Source: an uncultured delta proteobacterium (lineage in GTDB: Bacteria; Myxococcota_A; Polyangia; Haliangiales; Haliangiaceae). Taken from it: 64,000 bases of DNA. A model generated the notes under the pieces. That model made no database searches, was not told the origin of the DNA, and was given only the letters and a program-made list of their open reading frames with translations. The stretch's first letter is position 1. Every line of letters begins with the position of its first letter. Made by a program: the position numbers and the translations under genes. Where the stretch lies: positions 64,001 to 128,000 of the forward strand of contig CAWKDB010000004.1 of NCBI GenBank assembly GCA_963848295.1. Direction: 5' to 3'. Below are positions 18,371-29,815 of this stretch, piece after piece.

Positions 18371-19874
18371 TACCGTCGCGATCGAGGCGGACGCTCGAAG
18401 CATAGGTCACGATCGCCTGGCGCCAGACCCAGAGGATGGCGAACCGAACCAAGCACAGCGCGAACGCCGCGGCGGTGCCGGCGACCAGATTGGTCACGGC
18501 CATCGTCGCGCATGCGGCGAGCAGGCACGCACCGAGCGCGAGCTCGGTCAGCATCCAGCGAAGTTGTCCCGGCACCACGTGGGCGATGAACTTGTTCGTG
18601 CGCACGAACCGCGAGTGTCGGTTCCACAGGCACGACAGCCAGCTGAGCGAGAAGATCCAGCCGAGGCCAAGGTGTGTCGTGTAGGCGCGCATCACGTCGC
18701 GGTACGTGCAGCCGTCGCGTCGCAGCCCGACCGCGATCGTGACGAAGCGCAGCACGAAGAACGAGAGCAACGTGGCCGCGCTGAGATAGATCGCGACGTC
18801 CTGCACCGGCGCGAGCGGCCCGACCGCCGCCGCGATCGCGAGTACGATCAGGGATAGCGACGGGATCAGGTTGAAGTTGAACCACGCCGTCATGTGGGCA
18901 CAGATCCCGAGCTTCTGCCGCCACGCGAGCTCGCGTCCGAACAAGAGCTGACGCCATGATGCGCGCAGGATCTGTGCGTTGCCGAAGGCCCAGCGCCAGC
19001 GCTGCTTCTTGATCCCGGCGAGATCGAGCGGCATGAGCCCGGCACCGGCGGGCTCGTCGACATAGACCGTGCGGTAGCCGTGGCGTAGGAAGCGCAGGCC
19101 CAGCTCGGCATCCTCCGTGATCACCTCGGTATCGAATCCGCCCACGGCTCGAAGCGCGCGGAGATCGATCAGCGTCAGGGTTCCCGTCGAGGGGACGCAA
19201 TCGAGTCGATTCGCCATGTGCATGTAGCTCGCGAAGTAATGCCGGAACTCGAGAGCGAGGCCGGCGTTGTCGCGGGCGATGTTGCGATAGCCCTGCGGGA
19301 ACTGGACGACCGCGACGCGATCGCCGGTGACGTAGGTGAACGCGCGCCGCAGACAATCGGGAACCACCTGGTAGTCGGCGTCGACGACGAAGATGTACTC
19401 GGCGCGCCGATCGATGTAGGCGCGCGCCCAGTTCAACGCGCCGGCCTTGGCACCGGGAAGCCCTTCGACGTGCAGGAAGCGAAATCGCGGGCCGAGCTCG
19501 GCACACGCGCGCGCCACCGGACGCCAGATCGCCGGATCGACCGTGTTGTTATCGATCACGACGACCTCGTAGGCCGACCATTCGAGGCGCGCCAGGCTGC
19601 GTAGCGTTTCGATCAGGACGTCCGGGGGCTCGTCATGAGCCGGAACCTGGATCGACACGAACGGCTCGCGTGGGTTGGACACGGCTCGCGAAGGCCGTTT
19701 GCGCGGCAGAGACATGAGCGCGGCCTGCAGACCGACCACGCAGAGATTCGCGACGAGGTTGCACAGCACCAGCACGGCGAGTGCGACCGGGCAAAGCCAC
19801 GCGAGGACGACGCCGATGGTCGCGGCCGCGAGAGCCATCCACCGCGGGGGGCCGTGTCGACGGAGATGCTTCAT
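18345..19874 (-). CDS. GT2 processive glycosyltransferase (NdvB/cellulose synthase-like), 509 aa
   Basis: VSIQVPAHDEPP, IDNNT, KAGALN, DADY, QFPQ, ITED, QRWRW; N- and C-terminal TM helices. Confidence 0.92.
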   Translation of the reverse strand: MKHLRRHGPPRWMALAAATIGVVLAWLCPVALAVLVLCNLVANLCVVGLQAALMSLPRKRPSRAVSNPREPFVSIQVPAHDEPPDVLIETLRSLARLEWSAYEVVVIDNNTVDPAIWRPVARACAELGPRFRFLHVEGLPGAKAGALNWARAYIDRRAEYIFVVDADYQVVPDCLRRAFTYVTGDRVAVVQFPQGYRNIARDNAGLALEFRHYFASYMHMANRLDCVPSTGTLTLIDLRALRAVGGFDTEVITEDAELGLRFLRHGYRTVYVDEPAGAGLMPLDLAGIKKQRWRWAFGNAQILRASWRQLLFGRELAWRQKLGICAHMTAWFNFNLIPSLSLIVLAIAAAVGPLAPVQDVAIYLSAATLLSFFVLRFVTIAVGLRRDGCTYRDVMRAYTTHLGLGWIFSLSWLSCLWNRHSRFVRTNKFIAHVVPGQLRWMLTELALGACLLAACATMAVTNLVAGTAAAFALCLVRFAILWVWRQAIVTYASSVRLDRDGNECQLRAS

Positions 19875-19876
19875 CG

Positions 19877-20104
19877 CTAGGCCACCGCGCAAGGATCGCG
19901 GGATGCGTTGCCGCACCACACCGCGCCGTCGATGCGCAATCGGATCGCGAGCCCTCGGTCGACGTAGGCCACCCTGGACGGCGAGCGAGCCGAGTAGCAG
20001 CGCGTCCACGCTCCACGCTCGACTTCTTGCAACGTGATTTCGCGCGCGCTCGCGACGTCGAGCCGCTCGAACACGATGACCAACCCTAGGTGACCGAGCT
20101 CCAA
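19877..20104 (-). CDS. Small hypothetical protein, 75 aa
   Basis: Fills the space between the sigma54 motif and the GT2 ATG (stop 2 nt before it); TTG start; no recognisable motif. Confidence 0.35.
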   Translation of the reverse strand: MELGHLGLVIVFERLDVASAREITLQEVERGAWTRCYSARSPSRVAYVDRGLAIRLRIDGAVWCGNASRDPCAVA

Positions 20105-20119
20105 TGTAGTCGCCGTTAC

Positions 20120-20135
20120 AGCACGCTCTGTGCCA
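20120..20135 (-). promoter_or_regulatory. sigma54 promoter for the GT2-GH1 unit
   Basis: Minus strand TGGCACAGAGCGTGCT (TGGCAC-N5-GTGC). Confidence 0.7.
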
Positions 20136-20183
20136 ACGGCGGGCTACGGAACCCGGGTGGTTGCGGAGGCCCGAGCGCGTCGA

Positions 20184-20202
20184 GTCTTGCAGATCGCAAG
20201 AC
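20184..20202. promoter_or_regulatory. Candidate enhancer (UAS) palindrome
   Basis: GTCTTGC-AGATC-GCAAGAC perfect 7-bp arms about 50 nt upstream of the -24 element. Confidence 0.6.
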
Positions 20203-20205
20203 CGC

Positions 20206-21551
<1,346 letters not shown>

Positions 21552-21555
<4 letters not shown>

Positions 21556-23579
21556 GATGCCACCGGCCACGCGACGCGCACGCGGGTTCCCGCGCCGGGT
21601 GCGCTCTCGAGCTCGATCTCTGCCGAGTGGGTGCGAACGATCTGGGCGACGACCCAGAGGCCCAGGCCCGTCCCTTGCCCGCGCTTCTTGGTCGTGAAGA
21701 ACGGGTCGAACACCTGCGGCTGGATCTCGGCCGCGATGCCATGGCCATCATCGCGCACCTCGAGCACGACGGTCTTGCCCCGGCGGGTGGCCGAAATCTC
21801 GACGTGACCCGCCGGACCGCAAGCATCCAGCGCGTTCAGGACGAGGTTGATCATCACCTGCTGTACCTGATCGGGATTGGCACGGATCGGCGGCACGGGC
21901 TTGGAGACGTGGACCTCCACCGCGACGCCGCGCTTGGTCGCTTGCGCGTGCAGCAGCTCGCGCACCGCGTGAAGGCTCGCGGCTAGATCGAGCGGCAGCA
22001 TGGCCTCGGGGGCGGGGCGCACGTAGTCGAGCAGCTGCTGGATCATCCGGGTGACGCGATCGATCTGATCCATCGCGACGCGATGATTCGACGCCTCGGC
22101 ATGCTCGTTGCCAAGGTGGGAGAGCGCGAGCTCGACACGTCCACGCGCCACGTTGAGCGGTGTGCCCACCTCGTGCGCGATGCCGGCGGCTAGTTGTCCC
22201 GCGGTCACGAGCTTCTCCGAATGCAAGAGTCGCTCCTCGATCCGACGCAGCTGGGTGAGGTCCTCGAACACCAGCAGTGCGCTGACGTCTGCGATCGCTC
22301 GCTCGAGCGGGACCGCATGGAGGTTGAGCCAGGCCTCTTGCGCGAAGAGGCCGCAGCGGATGCGATGCAGCGACTGGGGCTCGTGCGATTCGAGCGCGGT
22401 GTCGACGAGCTTCGTGACGAGCGCCGCATCTCGGACGTTGCGACTGGCAAACACTTCGTCCAGGCGTCGGCCGATGATGTCGCCTGCGAACCGTTCGCTG
22501 AACGAGCGGTTGGCGCCGGTGACGCGGCCATCCTCCGAAACCATGAGTACGCCGCTGGGGATGTGGTCGACGATCTTCTCGGCTCGCTCGGTGAGGTGCT
22601 CGAGGCGCGCGGTGCTGCGCACCCGTTCGCGCAGCATCGCGGCACGGCGCGCATTATGAATCACGTATCCAGCGGCCACGAGCAGCAGGATCAGCACCAG
22701 CCCGCTGCCGACCAGGACGCGATGGACGACGAGCTGTTCCTGCTCGTCGAGCGGGCTCGTCGAGGACACGACGACGATCGTCCACGGCCTCCCATGCTCG
22801 ACGTTCACGGTCGCCGAGATCGCGACCGCAGGCGCGGCCGGTAACCCGACGGATCGGGCGACGGCCGCATCGACGATGCGCGGCGATCCGATGCCGGCTT
22901 CAGGTCTCGTCCACGGGGCGCGCGAACCATCGCCGACCAAGGCTGCCAGCTTCGGATCGCTCGACGGCGTTGCCACACCGTCGGGTCCAAGGACCACGGT
23001 GCGCGAGAACGGATCGCGCGGCAGCTTCACTCTCGTCAGCAGCAGCTTGGTGTCGACCAAGATCGCGATCGTAACGCGATGCTGGGGCGAGTGCCGAGCG
23101 TACACGCGGTACCACGCGGCGCCGTCGTCGCCGCCGCGCAGCGCGGCCGACACCTGGAGCGTATCGGGTGTAGCGGCCGCCTGGTCGAGTGTCTTCATCA
23201 TCTGCGTGCGTAGGAGGTCGGCGATCGCCGGCGGCGCATCGAACGCGACGACCTCGATCGTGTCCGCGGCCGACGTCCGCGAGTCCATCACGACATATTC
23301 ACGCTTGATCGTCGCGATCGCGTGCAACTCGCGTTCGGCGACTTGTGGCGACTCTGCTCGTTCCATCAGCGTCACGGCGAGATCGAAGTCTTCGTTGAGG
23401 TCGGCCAGATCGGCGGCAAATCCGCGCGCAGCCTCGGTGACTTCCTGAGCCCGCTCCTTCGCGTAGCGATCGTAAAGGTCTTGACGGTCGCGACTCACGA
23501 CATGCTGGCCGACGAAGATCAGCACGATCAACGCGGCGATCGACGCCAGCACGACGACGAAGACGGGCCGGTAGCTCAT
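21552..23579 (-). CDS. Sensor histidine kinase (2 TM, periplasmic domain, PAS, HisKA, HATPase)
   Basis: AHEVGTPL H-box, NLVLNA, DDGHGI, FDPFFTTK, GTGLGL. Confidence 0.94.
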
Positions 23580-23728
23580 CAGCGAGCCACTAGATGTACC
23601 ACTCTCGCGGCTTTCGCCCCTCTCGCGGTTTGCGAGGGTGGTCTTGCATTTTGCGTCGGTCGGCTACGTGGTGTGCGTGAACGCTCGCTTCGCCGTGGTC
23701 GACCGCCGTGTTCGATCGGGCGGAATGC

Positions 23729-24082
23729 TCAGTCGAACGTGCGGTCGGTCGCGTACTCGAGCGCGACGACCTCCCAGCCGGCCGCGACTTTGTGGGCGAT
23801 CGCGAACGCGTGCAGGATGAGCGCCCCGGCCTTGTAGCGCATCCGGAGCCGCGCGCTTACCGCCGCGCAGTCGCCGACCACGAGCTCGTGATGATCGTAG
23901 TCGCTGCCCTCCTTCGACGTCACGACCTGGAGGTCGAGCTTGGTCCAGCGCGCGAGCAGCTTGCTCGTCGCGGCGGCGCCTCTCGCGTGATCGGCTGCGG
24001 ACGTACCGTAGACCGTGACCGCCGGATCGGTCGACAGGTGCTTGGCGATCTCGGCCGGGTGCGCGAGCCAGCCGACGAGCAC
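23729..24082 (-). pseudogene. Probable C-terminal remnant of a hypothetical protein (possibly SnoaL-like)
   Basis: Protein-like composition ending GWEVVALEY; in-frame stop about 50 nt upstream and no convincing start or signal. Confidence 0.35.
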
Positions 24083-24164
24083 TGACGGCGATGGTTCGGC
24101 CGGCAGCTCCTTGATGTCATCGGACTGATGCGACTACTCCCGTTCTGGCACGTCTGACCAGGTA

Positions 24165-25607
24165 ATGAAGCTATACGCGGCACTGTTCGCGTTGACGTTC
24201 GCGCGTCTCGCGATCGCCGGGGCAGGTGCGCATCCGCCGGTGGGTGCGAACTCCGAGATCGATCATCTCGTCGCAACGGTCGCCGGCGCGCCGATCTGGC
24301 AAAGCGAGCTCGACGAGCGCGGGCAGGGCGTCGACGAAGCGGTCGATGACGAGGTCGTGATCGGCCAGGTCGACGCGAGCTATACCAGCGTGAGTCCCGG
24401 CGAGCTCGACCAGGCCGTCGCCACGGTGGCGCGGCAGAACAACGTCGACGACGCCGGACTCGACGCGTTGCTCGCGAGCCGTCGCCTGACCCGTGCGACG
24501 TTCCGCGCCGCGGTCGAGCGCCAGCTGCTCGTGATCAAGGAGCTGCGGCTCGCGCTGGGCGACCAGCTGACCGCGACCCCGAAAGGAGACGCCGCGCGCC
24601 GCCAGTGGATCAGCGCGCAGCGCGAGCTCGTCCACGTCGCGGTCGCGCGGGCGCCGGTCCTGACCGGACGCGTGGTCGATTGGACCGCGCTCGTCGGACC
24701 GATTCGCGCCGTCGGGATCACCGGAGCGACCGCGCCGGTGCGGACCGCGGCCCACGACATCCTCGCAGCCGAGGTCGGCGCTTCCCTCGATCGCGCGCGC
24801 CTGCGCGGCGAGCTCGCACGCGTGCTGGCGCTGCCGGGCCTGGCCGATGTCGCGGTGACCGGTGCCCAGCGCGCGGACGGAATTGCCCTGTCCGTCGCGT
24901 TGTCTCCCGAGCCGATCCTTCACGCGTTCGCGGTGCGCGAGCGCGGATCGCCACCGGATCCGGCGCTGTCAGCTTCCAGTATCGTGACCGGCCAGCCACT
25001 CGATCCGTCGCTGCTAGATACCCTGACGAACGCGCTGCGCGATTCCTACTTAGAGCGCGGCTATCGCAACGCGCGCGCGACGTGGACGCTCGCGCCCGCG
25101 GCCGCGGGACAGGTCGATGCCGCCGTCGAGCTCGACCCCGGTCAGGCCTTCGTCATCGACGCGATCGAGATGAAAGGCAATACCCGGACTCCCCGCGCCG
25201 CGCTCGTCAAGGCACTCGACAGCAACGTGATCGTGGGCGGTCCGTGGCTCGACGATCACGTCGAGCGCGCGAAGTGGCTGGTCCTGGCGTACTACTACGA
25301 TCACGGGTTCGTGATGGCGCACGTCGACACCGAGGAACCGACGGCGCCGCACGGCAAGCTCGTGTTCGACATCCGCGAAGGCAGCCAGTACCGGATCGGA
25401 ACCGTCACGTTCCCCGGCGTGCCGGCGGCCGACGCCAAGCGCTACCTCGCGATCTCCGCGTTGCATCCGCATGACGTGTTCTCGCGGACGGCGATGACCG
25501 ACACGTCGACTCGCGTGCGCGATGCAGCCCACGCGGCGACCGCGACGCCGACGACGATCGTCGACGAGGCTCATCACCTCATCGATGTCCGCATCGAGCT
25601 CGAGTAA
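24165..25607 (+). CDS. Secreted SurA N-terminal-like plus tandem POTRA domain protein, no beta-barrel
   Basis: Signal peptide; DHLVATVAGAPIWQSEL..ELDQAVATVARQNN (SurA-N); POTRA motifs YLERGY, IEMKGN, YYDHGF, IREGSQYRIGTVTF. Confidence 0.72.
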   Translation: MKLYAALFALTFARLAIAGAGAHPPVGANSEIDHLVATVAGAPIWQSELDERGQGVDEAVDDEVVIGQVDASYTSVSPGELDQAVATVARQNNVDDAGLDALLASRRLTRATFRAAVERQLLVIKELRLALGDQLTATPKGDAARRQWISAQRELVHVAVARAPVLTGRVVDWTALVGPIRAVGITGATAPVRTAAHDILAAEVGASLDRARLRGELARVLALPGLADVAVTGAQRADGIALSVALSPEPILHAFAVRERGSPPDPALSASSIVTGQPLDPSLLDTLTNALRDSYLERGYRNARATWTLAPAAAGQVDAAVELDPGQAFVIDAIEMKGNTRTPRAALVKALDSNVIVGGPWLDDHVERAKWLVLAYYYDHGFVMAHVDTEEPTAPHGKLVFDIREGSQYRIGTVTFPGVPAADAKRYLAISALHPHDVFSRTAMTDTSTRVRDAAHAATATPTTIVDEAHHLIDVRIELE

Positions 25608-25644
25608 CGGGACGTCGTACGAAGACATCCTCGACGCATCACGG

Positions 25645-25971
25645 CTACGGATACGCGCAGGCGACCGTCACGATGCCGCTCGAAACTTCGCAGCCAGGCG
25701 TGGCGCCGCTGCATGTCGGCACACTCGGGATGACGCACGCGCAGGTCGGCGTCGCGGCGCAGCCGGGTGGCAGCGGATTGCAGCCGATCTGTTGGGCTGC
25801 GACCGATGCGGTGATCGCGCCGACGGACTGCATGTAGCAATATTGGTCCGCGGAGCAGGTCTGGCCGTTGCACGGTCCGAGCGCCGCCGCGGCATCGGGA
25901 GATGATGGAATCGACTCGCGGTGACTGCACGCGCACACCACGACGAGCACAGCGAAGATGAGGTGCCGCAT
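25645..25971 (-). CDS. Small Cys-rich lipoprotein
   Basis: MRHLIFAVLVVVCAC lipobox, 10 further Cys; TACAGT 7 nt upstream. Confidence 0.7.
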   Translation of the reverse strand: MRHLIFAVLVVVCACSHRESIPSSPDAAAALGPCNGQTCSADQYCYMQSVGAITASVAAQQIGCNPLPPGCAATPTCACVIPSVPTCSGATPGCEVSSGIVTVACAYP

Positions 25972-26089
25972 CGCAGCGACTGTAGATCGGCTGGCCTCGC
26001 TCCGGGTGTGCAAACATCTGCACAGCCCTCCGGTCGAACCTATCGCGAACCACGCGTTGCGGTTGTCCATCAGCTAGGCTCGGCGGAAC

Positions 26090-26512
26090 ATGACGGCGAA
26101 ACGCGCTCCGGCCAGCTCGGCGGCCTCGAAGAACATCACCAAGCGGATCCGCGAGCTCGGCGACTGGCGCGGCGACACGCTCGCGCGGGTTCGCCGGCTG
26201 ATCCACGAGGCGGATCCGGAGATCATCGAGGAGTGGAAATGGATGGGGACTCCGGTGTGGGAGCACGATGGTGGGGTGTGCACGGGCGAGTCGTACAAGC
26301 AGGTCGTGAAGCTGACGTTCCACCGAGGCGCTTCGCTCGACGACCCGAAGCAGCTGTTCAACTCCAGCCTCGAGGGGAACGTGCGGCGCGCGATCGACCT
26401 TCGCGAAGGCGAGAAGATCAACGAAGCCGCGTTCAAGACCTTGATCCGCACCGCGGTGGCGGCCAACGCCGCGGCTCGGGCCGGACGCGCGGCGGCGAAG
26501 AAGAAGAGATAG
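26090..26512 (+). CDS. DUF1801 (YdhG-like) protein
   Basis: DWRG.TL..VR.LI.EADP.IIEEWKW.GTPVW..VKLTF..GASL.DP..LFNSSLEGN.RRAID. Confidence 0.88.
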   Translation: MTAKRAPASSAASKNITKRIRELGDWRGDTLARVRRLIHEADPEIIEEWKWMGTPVWEHDGGVCTGESYKQVVKLTFHRGASLDDPKQLFNSSLEGNVRRAIDLREGEKINEAAFKTLIRTAVAANAAARAGRAAAKKKR

Positions 26513-27874
26513 CTAGCCCGCCGGTTCGGCGGCGAGCACGGCCTCGACCTTGGGCTCGAGCAGCTGGATGCGCTTCCAGGCGCCGCTCTTGAACCGGACG
26601 GCCAGCGCGATCGCGAGCACCGCGAGATAGCCGACCAGGCACGCCATCGCGCCGTTCGCGCCGCCGTGCCACACGCGCACGACGAGCAGCGAGCCCGGCA
26701 CGAACAGCCCCCACGCGATCGCGACGCGGATCGTCGCGGTCCACGCGGTATCACCGGCGGCGCGCAACGTCTCGTTGAGGCTCATCCCGGTCGCGTCGAA
26801 CACCTGCCAGATCGCGCTGATCATCAGCATCGGTACGCCGGTCGCGATCAGCGTCGCGCCACCGCCGGACGGTGCGAACCACGAGAACACGTGCTCGGGT
26901 ACGAGCACGTACAGCAACGCCATCGCGCCTTCCCAGACGATCGTGCACGCGAGCGTGAGCTTGACGTGCGACCACACCCGATCCTTGTCACCGGCGCCGA
27001 TCGATTGCCCCGCGAGGATCGATCCGGCGACCGCGAGTCCGAACGCCGGCATGAACGCGAGCGAGTTGACCGCGATCACGATGTTGAGCGCGGCGACGGT
27101 CACCGCGCCGAGCTTCGCGATGACGACGTTGACGAACAGCGCGAAGGCCGCGAACTCCAAGAACCAGTTGAGGCCGTTCGGCAATCCGAACCGCGCGACC
27201 CGCCACAGCTCGCGGCGCGATAGCCCGAGCGGTTCGTGCTGCTTCGGCGCGCCGCCCCAGCCGCGCCAGAACGCGACGCCGAGAAACCCGAAGCCCAGCC
27301 ACGTCGCGATCACGCATGCGATCGCGGCGCCGTCGACGCCGAAGTGCGGGATCAGGATCGCGTTGCCGACCACGGCGAGCACCATCGTGATGAACCCCGC
27401 GATCATGGCCATCCAGGTGTTGCCGAGCCCGCCGTACCAGCTGCCGAGCGCCTCGATGCCCACCGCCGCCATCACCGACAACAAGCGGATCTGCATGTAG
27501 CTCGCCATCAGCTCGCGGACATCGTCCGGATAGCTGACGAGGCCGAGCACGGGCAAGACGAGCGGAATCGCGATCGCCGCCACGATCCCGGCGATCAGCG
27601 CGAACCCGAGCCCGTACCACGCGAACCGCCGCGTCTCTTTGAAGTCACCGCGGCCGACGAGCTGGGCGACGAAGCTCTGCACGATGAACGTGATCCCGGT
27701 CGGCAGCATCACGAAGGTCATCGCGTTGAGCCCACCGGTGGCGACCGCCGCGATCGACTTCTCGCCGAGGTTCTTGACCTGGAGCACATCGGCGAACGTC
27801 ATGACCGACTGACTCGCGCGCGCCAGCACCATCGGCGCTGCGAGCGAGAGTAGGGTCGCGAGCCGCGAGCGCAT
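26513..27874 (-). CDS. MATE family efflux transporter
   Basis: About 12 TM helices, two-fold internal repeat, LRAAGDT motif. Confidence 0.9.
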   Translation of the reverse strand: MRSRLATLLSLAAPMVLARASQSVMTFADVLQVKNLGEKSIAAVATGGLNAMTFVMLPTGITFIVQSFVAQLVGRGDFKETRRFAWYGLGFALIAGIVAAIAIPLVLPVLGLVSYPDDVRELMASYMQIRLLSVMAAVGIEALGSWYGGLGNTWMAMIAGFITMVLAVVGNAILIPHFGVDGAAIACVIATWLGFGFLGVAFWRGWGGAPKQHEPLGLSRRELWRVARFGLPNGLNWFLEFAAFALFVNVVIAKLGAVTVAALNIVIAVNSLAFMPAFGLAVAGSILAGQSIGAGDKDRVWSHVKLTLACTIVWEGAMALLYVLVPEHVFSWFAPSGGGATLIATGVPMLMISAIWQVFDATGMSLNETLRAAGDTAWTATIRVAIAWGLFVPGSLLVVRVWHGGANGAMACLVGYLAVLAIALAVRFKSGAWKRIQLLEPKVEAVLAAEPAG

Positions 27875-27933
27875 GGCCGCGAACCATGCGGCCTAGCCGT
27901 CGCTCGCGCAAGGATCCGGGAGCGCGATGGAGG

Positions 27934-28716
27934 TCAGCGCGAGATCGTGACGTACGCCGGTAGCTTCGCGCTGCGACCGTCGCCGAGCGTCTTGCCGCGC
28001 AACCGTCGCCATGCCCACGGCACGAAGAAGTCGCGGCCCCACGCGAGATCGTCGGCGAGTCGCGCCGCGAGCGTCGGCGGTGGCTCGTCGGGGAACGGCG
28101 TGCGCCAATGCTCGTCGCTGCCCGGGACCTCGAGCGCGTGAGCGAGCGCGGCGGCGCTGCGCGCGTGGCCTTCGGCGTTGAGGTGCAGGCGGTCTCGACT
28201 CCATAGCCGTCGATCGCGCGCGAGCTCGAACGCGCCGAGGTCGACGACCTGCGCACCGTTCGCGCGCGTGACCTCGCGCAGCGCGATGTTGAGCGCGCGC
28301 GTGCGCGTCGACAGCAGGCGCGACACCGGTCCGACCGCGAGTCGATGCGATAGATCCGGAATCGTCACGGTGACGACGTGGCACCCCGCCGCGCCGAGCG
28401 CGCGCTGGATCGTGCCGACCTCGGCGGCGACGGCCCGAGCGTCGTAGCTGAAACCCAGCAGATCGTTCATCCCGGCGACGACGGTCGCGAGGTCCGGCGC
28501 GAGTGCGAGCGCCGGTTCGAGCTGCTGCTCGCAGATCTCGCGCGCGGTCCGCCCGCGCACCGCCAGATTCGCGTACGCGATCGGCGCGCGTTGCCCGATC
28601 GCGAGTCGCTCGGCGAGCCGGTCGGCCCAGCCGCGATAACCACCCGCACCGTCGGGGTCTTCGAGCCCTTCGGTGGTGCTGTCGCCGAGCGCGACGTAGC
28701 GCGCGAACCGCCTCAA
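27934..28716 (-). CDS. SGNH/GDSL hydrolase
   Basis: ALGDSTTEG, NLAVRG, GMND, DRLH catalytic blocks; overlaps the upstream stop. Confidence 0.92.
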   Translation of the reverse strand: MRRFARYVALGDSTTEGLEDPDGAGGYRGWADRLAERLAIGQRAPIAYANLAVRGRTAREICEQQLEPALALAPDLATVVAGMNDLLGFSYDARAVAAEVGTIQRALGAAGCHVVTVTIPDLSHRLAVGPVSRLLSTRTRALNIALREVTRANGAQVVDLGAFELARDRRLWSRDRLHLNAEGHARSAAALAHALEVPGSDEHWRTPFPDEPPPTLAARLADDLAWGRDFFVPWAWRRLRGKTLGDGRSAKLPAYVTISR

Positions 28717-29753
28717 GGAAACACGAGGATGTGCGGGCCGATCAAGTCGGGCTCATCGATGCCCTTGATCTTGCCGGCGAGCGAGACCTCGGTGCCGCTG
28801 CTCCACGCGGCCTTGAGGTCGACCTTGATCGGCGATGGGTTATCGCCTTCCTCGTCGTGCGACAGCTCGATGTTGCTCGCGGATGGCACCTTCGACGCGC
28901 CGACGCCGATCGCGACGATGCCGGTCTCGGTGAACGAGGTCGAGTCGACCCCAGTCTCGGTCCCGGTCGTGCACTCGCCCGAGTAGTGCAGGGGCACGTG
29001 CAGTGTCGCGCCGGTGACGGTCGCCGCATCGAGCGCGACGTCCGAGCTGCACTTGAGCGTATCGAGGCCGTCCACGACCGAGAACACGTACCAACCGGCC
29101 GGTAGCTTTGCCGCGACGAGCGTCTCGAGGTGGCCTCCGAACCCACCGGAGTTGCAGCCGCGCGTGAGCTTCTCGAGCTGTTGGAACGGCGCGATCAGCT
29201 TGCCGCCGACGTCGATCGCCTTGTCGCCGCACGTGCAGTCGGCTTCGCCGGCATCGGTGTCGACCACGCGGCCCTTGCAGTACGCCGCGATCGAAGCAAA
29301 GGGCCCATCGAACTTCGCCGGCACCAGCGAATCGGCGGCGGCCGCCGCGACCGGATCGAGCTTCGCGAGCGCGGCCCTCACCACGCGATGGGGTCGAGCC
29401 GCGAGCGATTGTTTGTAGGCCTCGATCGCGCCCTGCTTATCGCCGCGCGCTTCGCGGATCAGCCCGAGGTTGTAGAGCGAGGCGCCGCGGATGCTCGGCG
29501 TGCCCTGACCCGCGAGCGACTTGCGGGTCAGGGTCTCGGCCTTCGCATAGTCCTTCGCGAGATACGCCGCGAAGCCGGCCTCGGAGGCGAGCGTCGGATC
29601 GTCGGGCGCATCCTTGAGCGCCGCTTCGAACACGGCCACGGCCGCGGCGTACTTCTTGTGGTTCGCGAGCTGGCGACCCTTCGCGAGCGACTGCTTCACG
29701 GTGTCGGCGTGGGCGAGGCTGGCCACGAGCAAGAGGGCGACGGCGGCGCGCAT
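28713..29753 (-). CDS. Secreted tetratricopeptide-repeat protein with unknown C-terminal domain
   Basis: Signal peptide ..SLAHA; TPR helices (YNLGLI..AIEAYKQSL); TAGTCT 7 nt upstream. Confidence 0.8.
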   Translation of the reverse strand: MRAAVALLLVASLAHADTVKQSLAKGRQLANHKKYAAAVAVFEAALKDAPDDPTLASEAGFAAYLAKDYAKAETLTRKSLAGQGTPSIRGASLYNLGLIREARGDKQGAIEAYKQSLAARPHRVVRAALAKLDPVAAAAADSLVPAKFDGPFASIAAYCKGRVVDTDAGEADCTCGDKAIDVGGKLIAPFQQLEKLTRGCNSGGFGGHLETLVAAKLPAGWYVFSVVDGLDTLKCSSDVALDAATVTGATLHVPLHYSGECTTGTETGVDSTSFTETGIVAIGVGASKVPSASNIELSHDEEGDNPSPIKVDLKAAWSSGTEVSLAGKIKGIDEPDLIGPHILVFP

Positions 29754-29815
29754 GGAGCCGAGACTAGCGGATGAGCGGATCGGTTACCAACCACAGCGCT
29801 CGTGGTAGCGGTGCG

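Noticed and set aside
24146..24161. sigma54 promoter before the SurA-POTRA gene (TGGCACG)
   Set aside because: No GC at the -12 position (GG-N10-CA)
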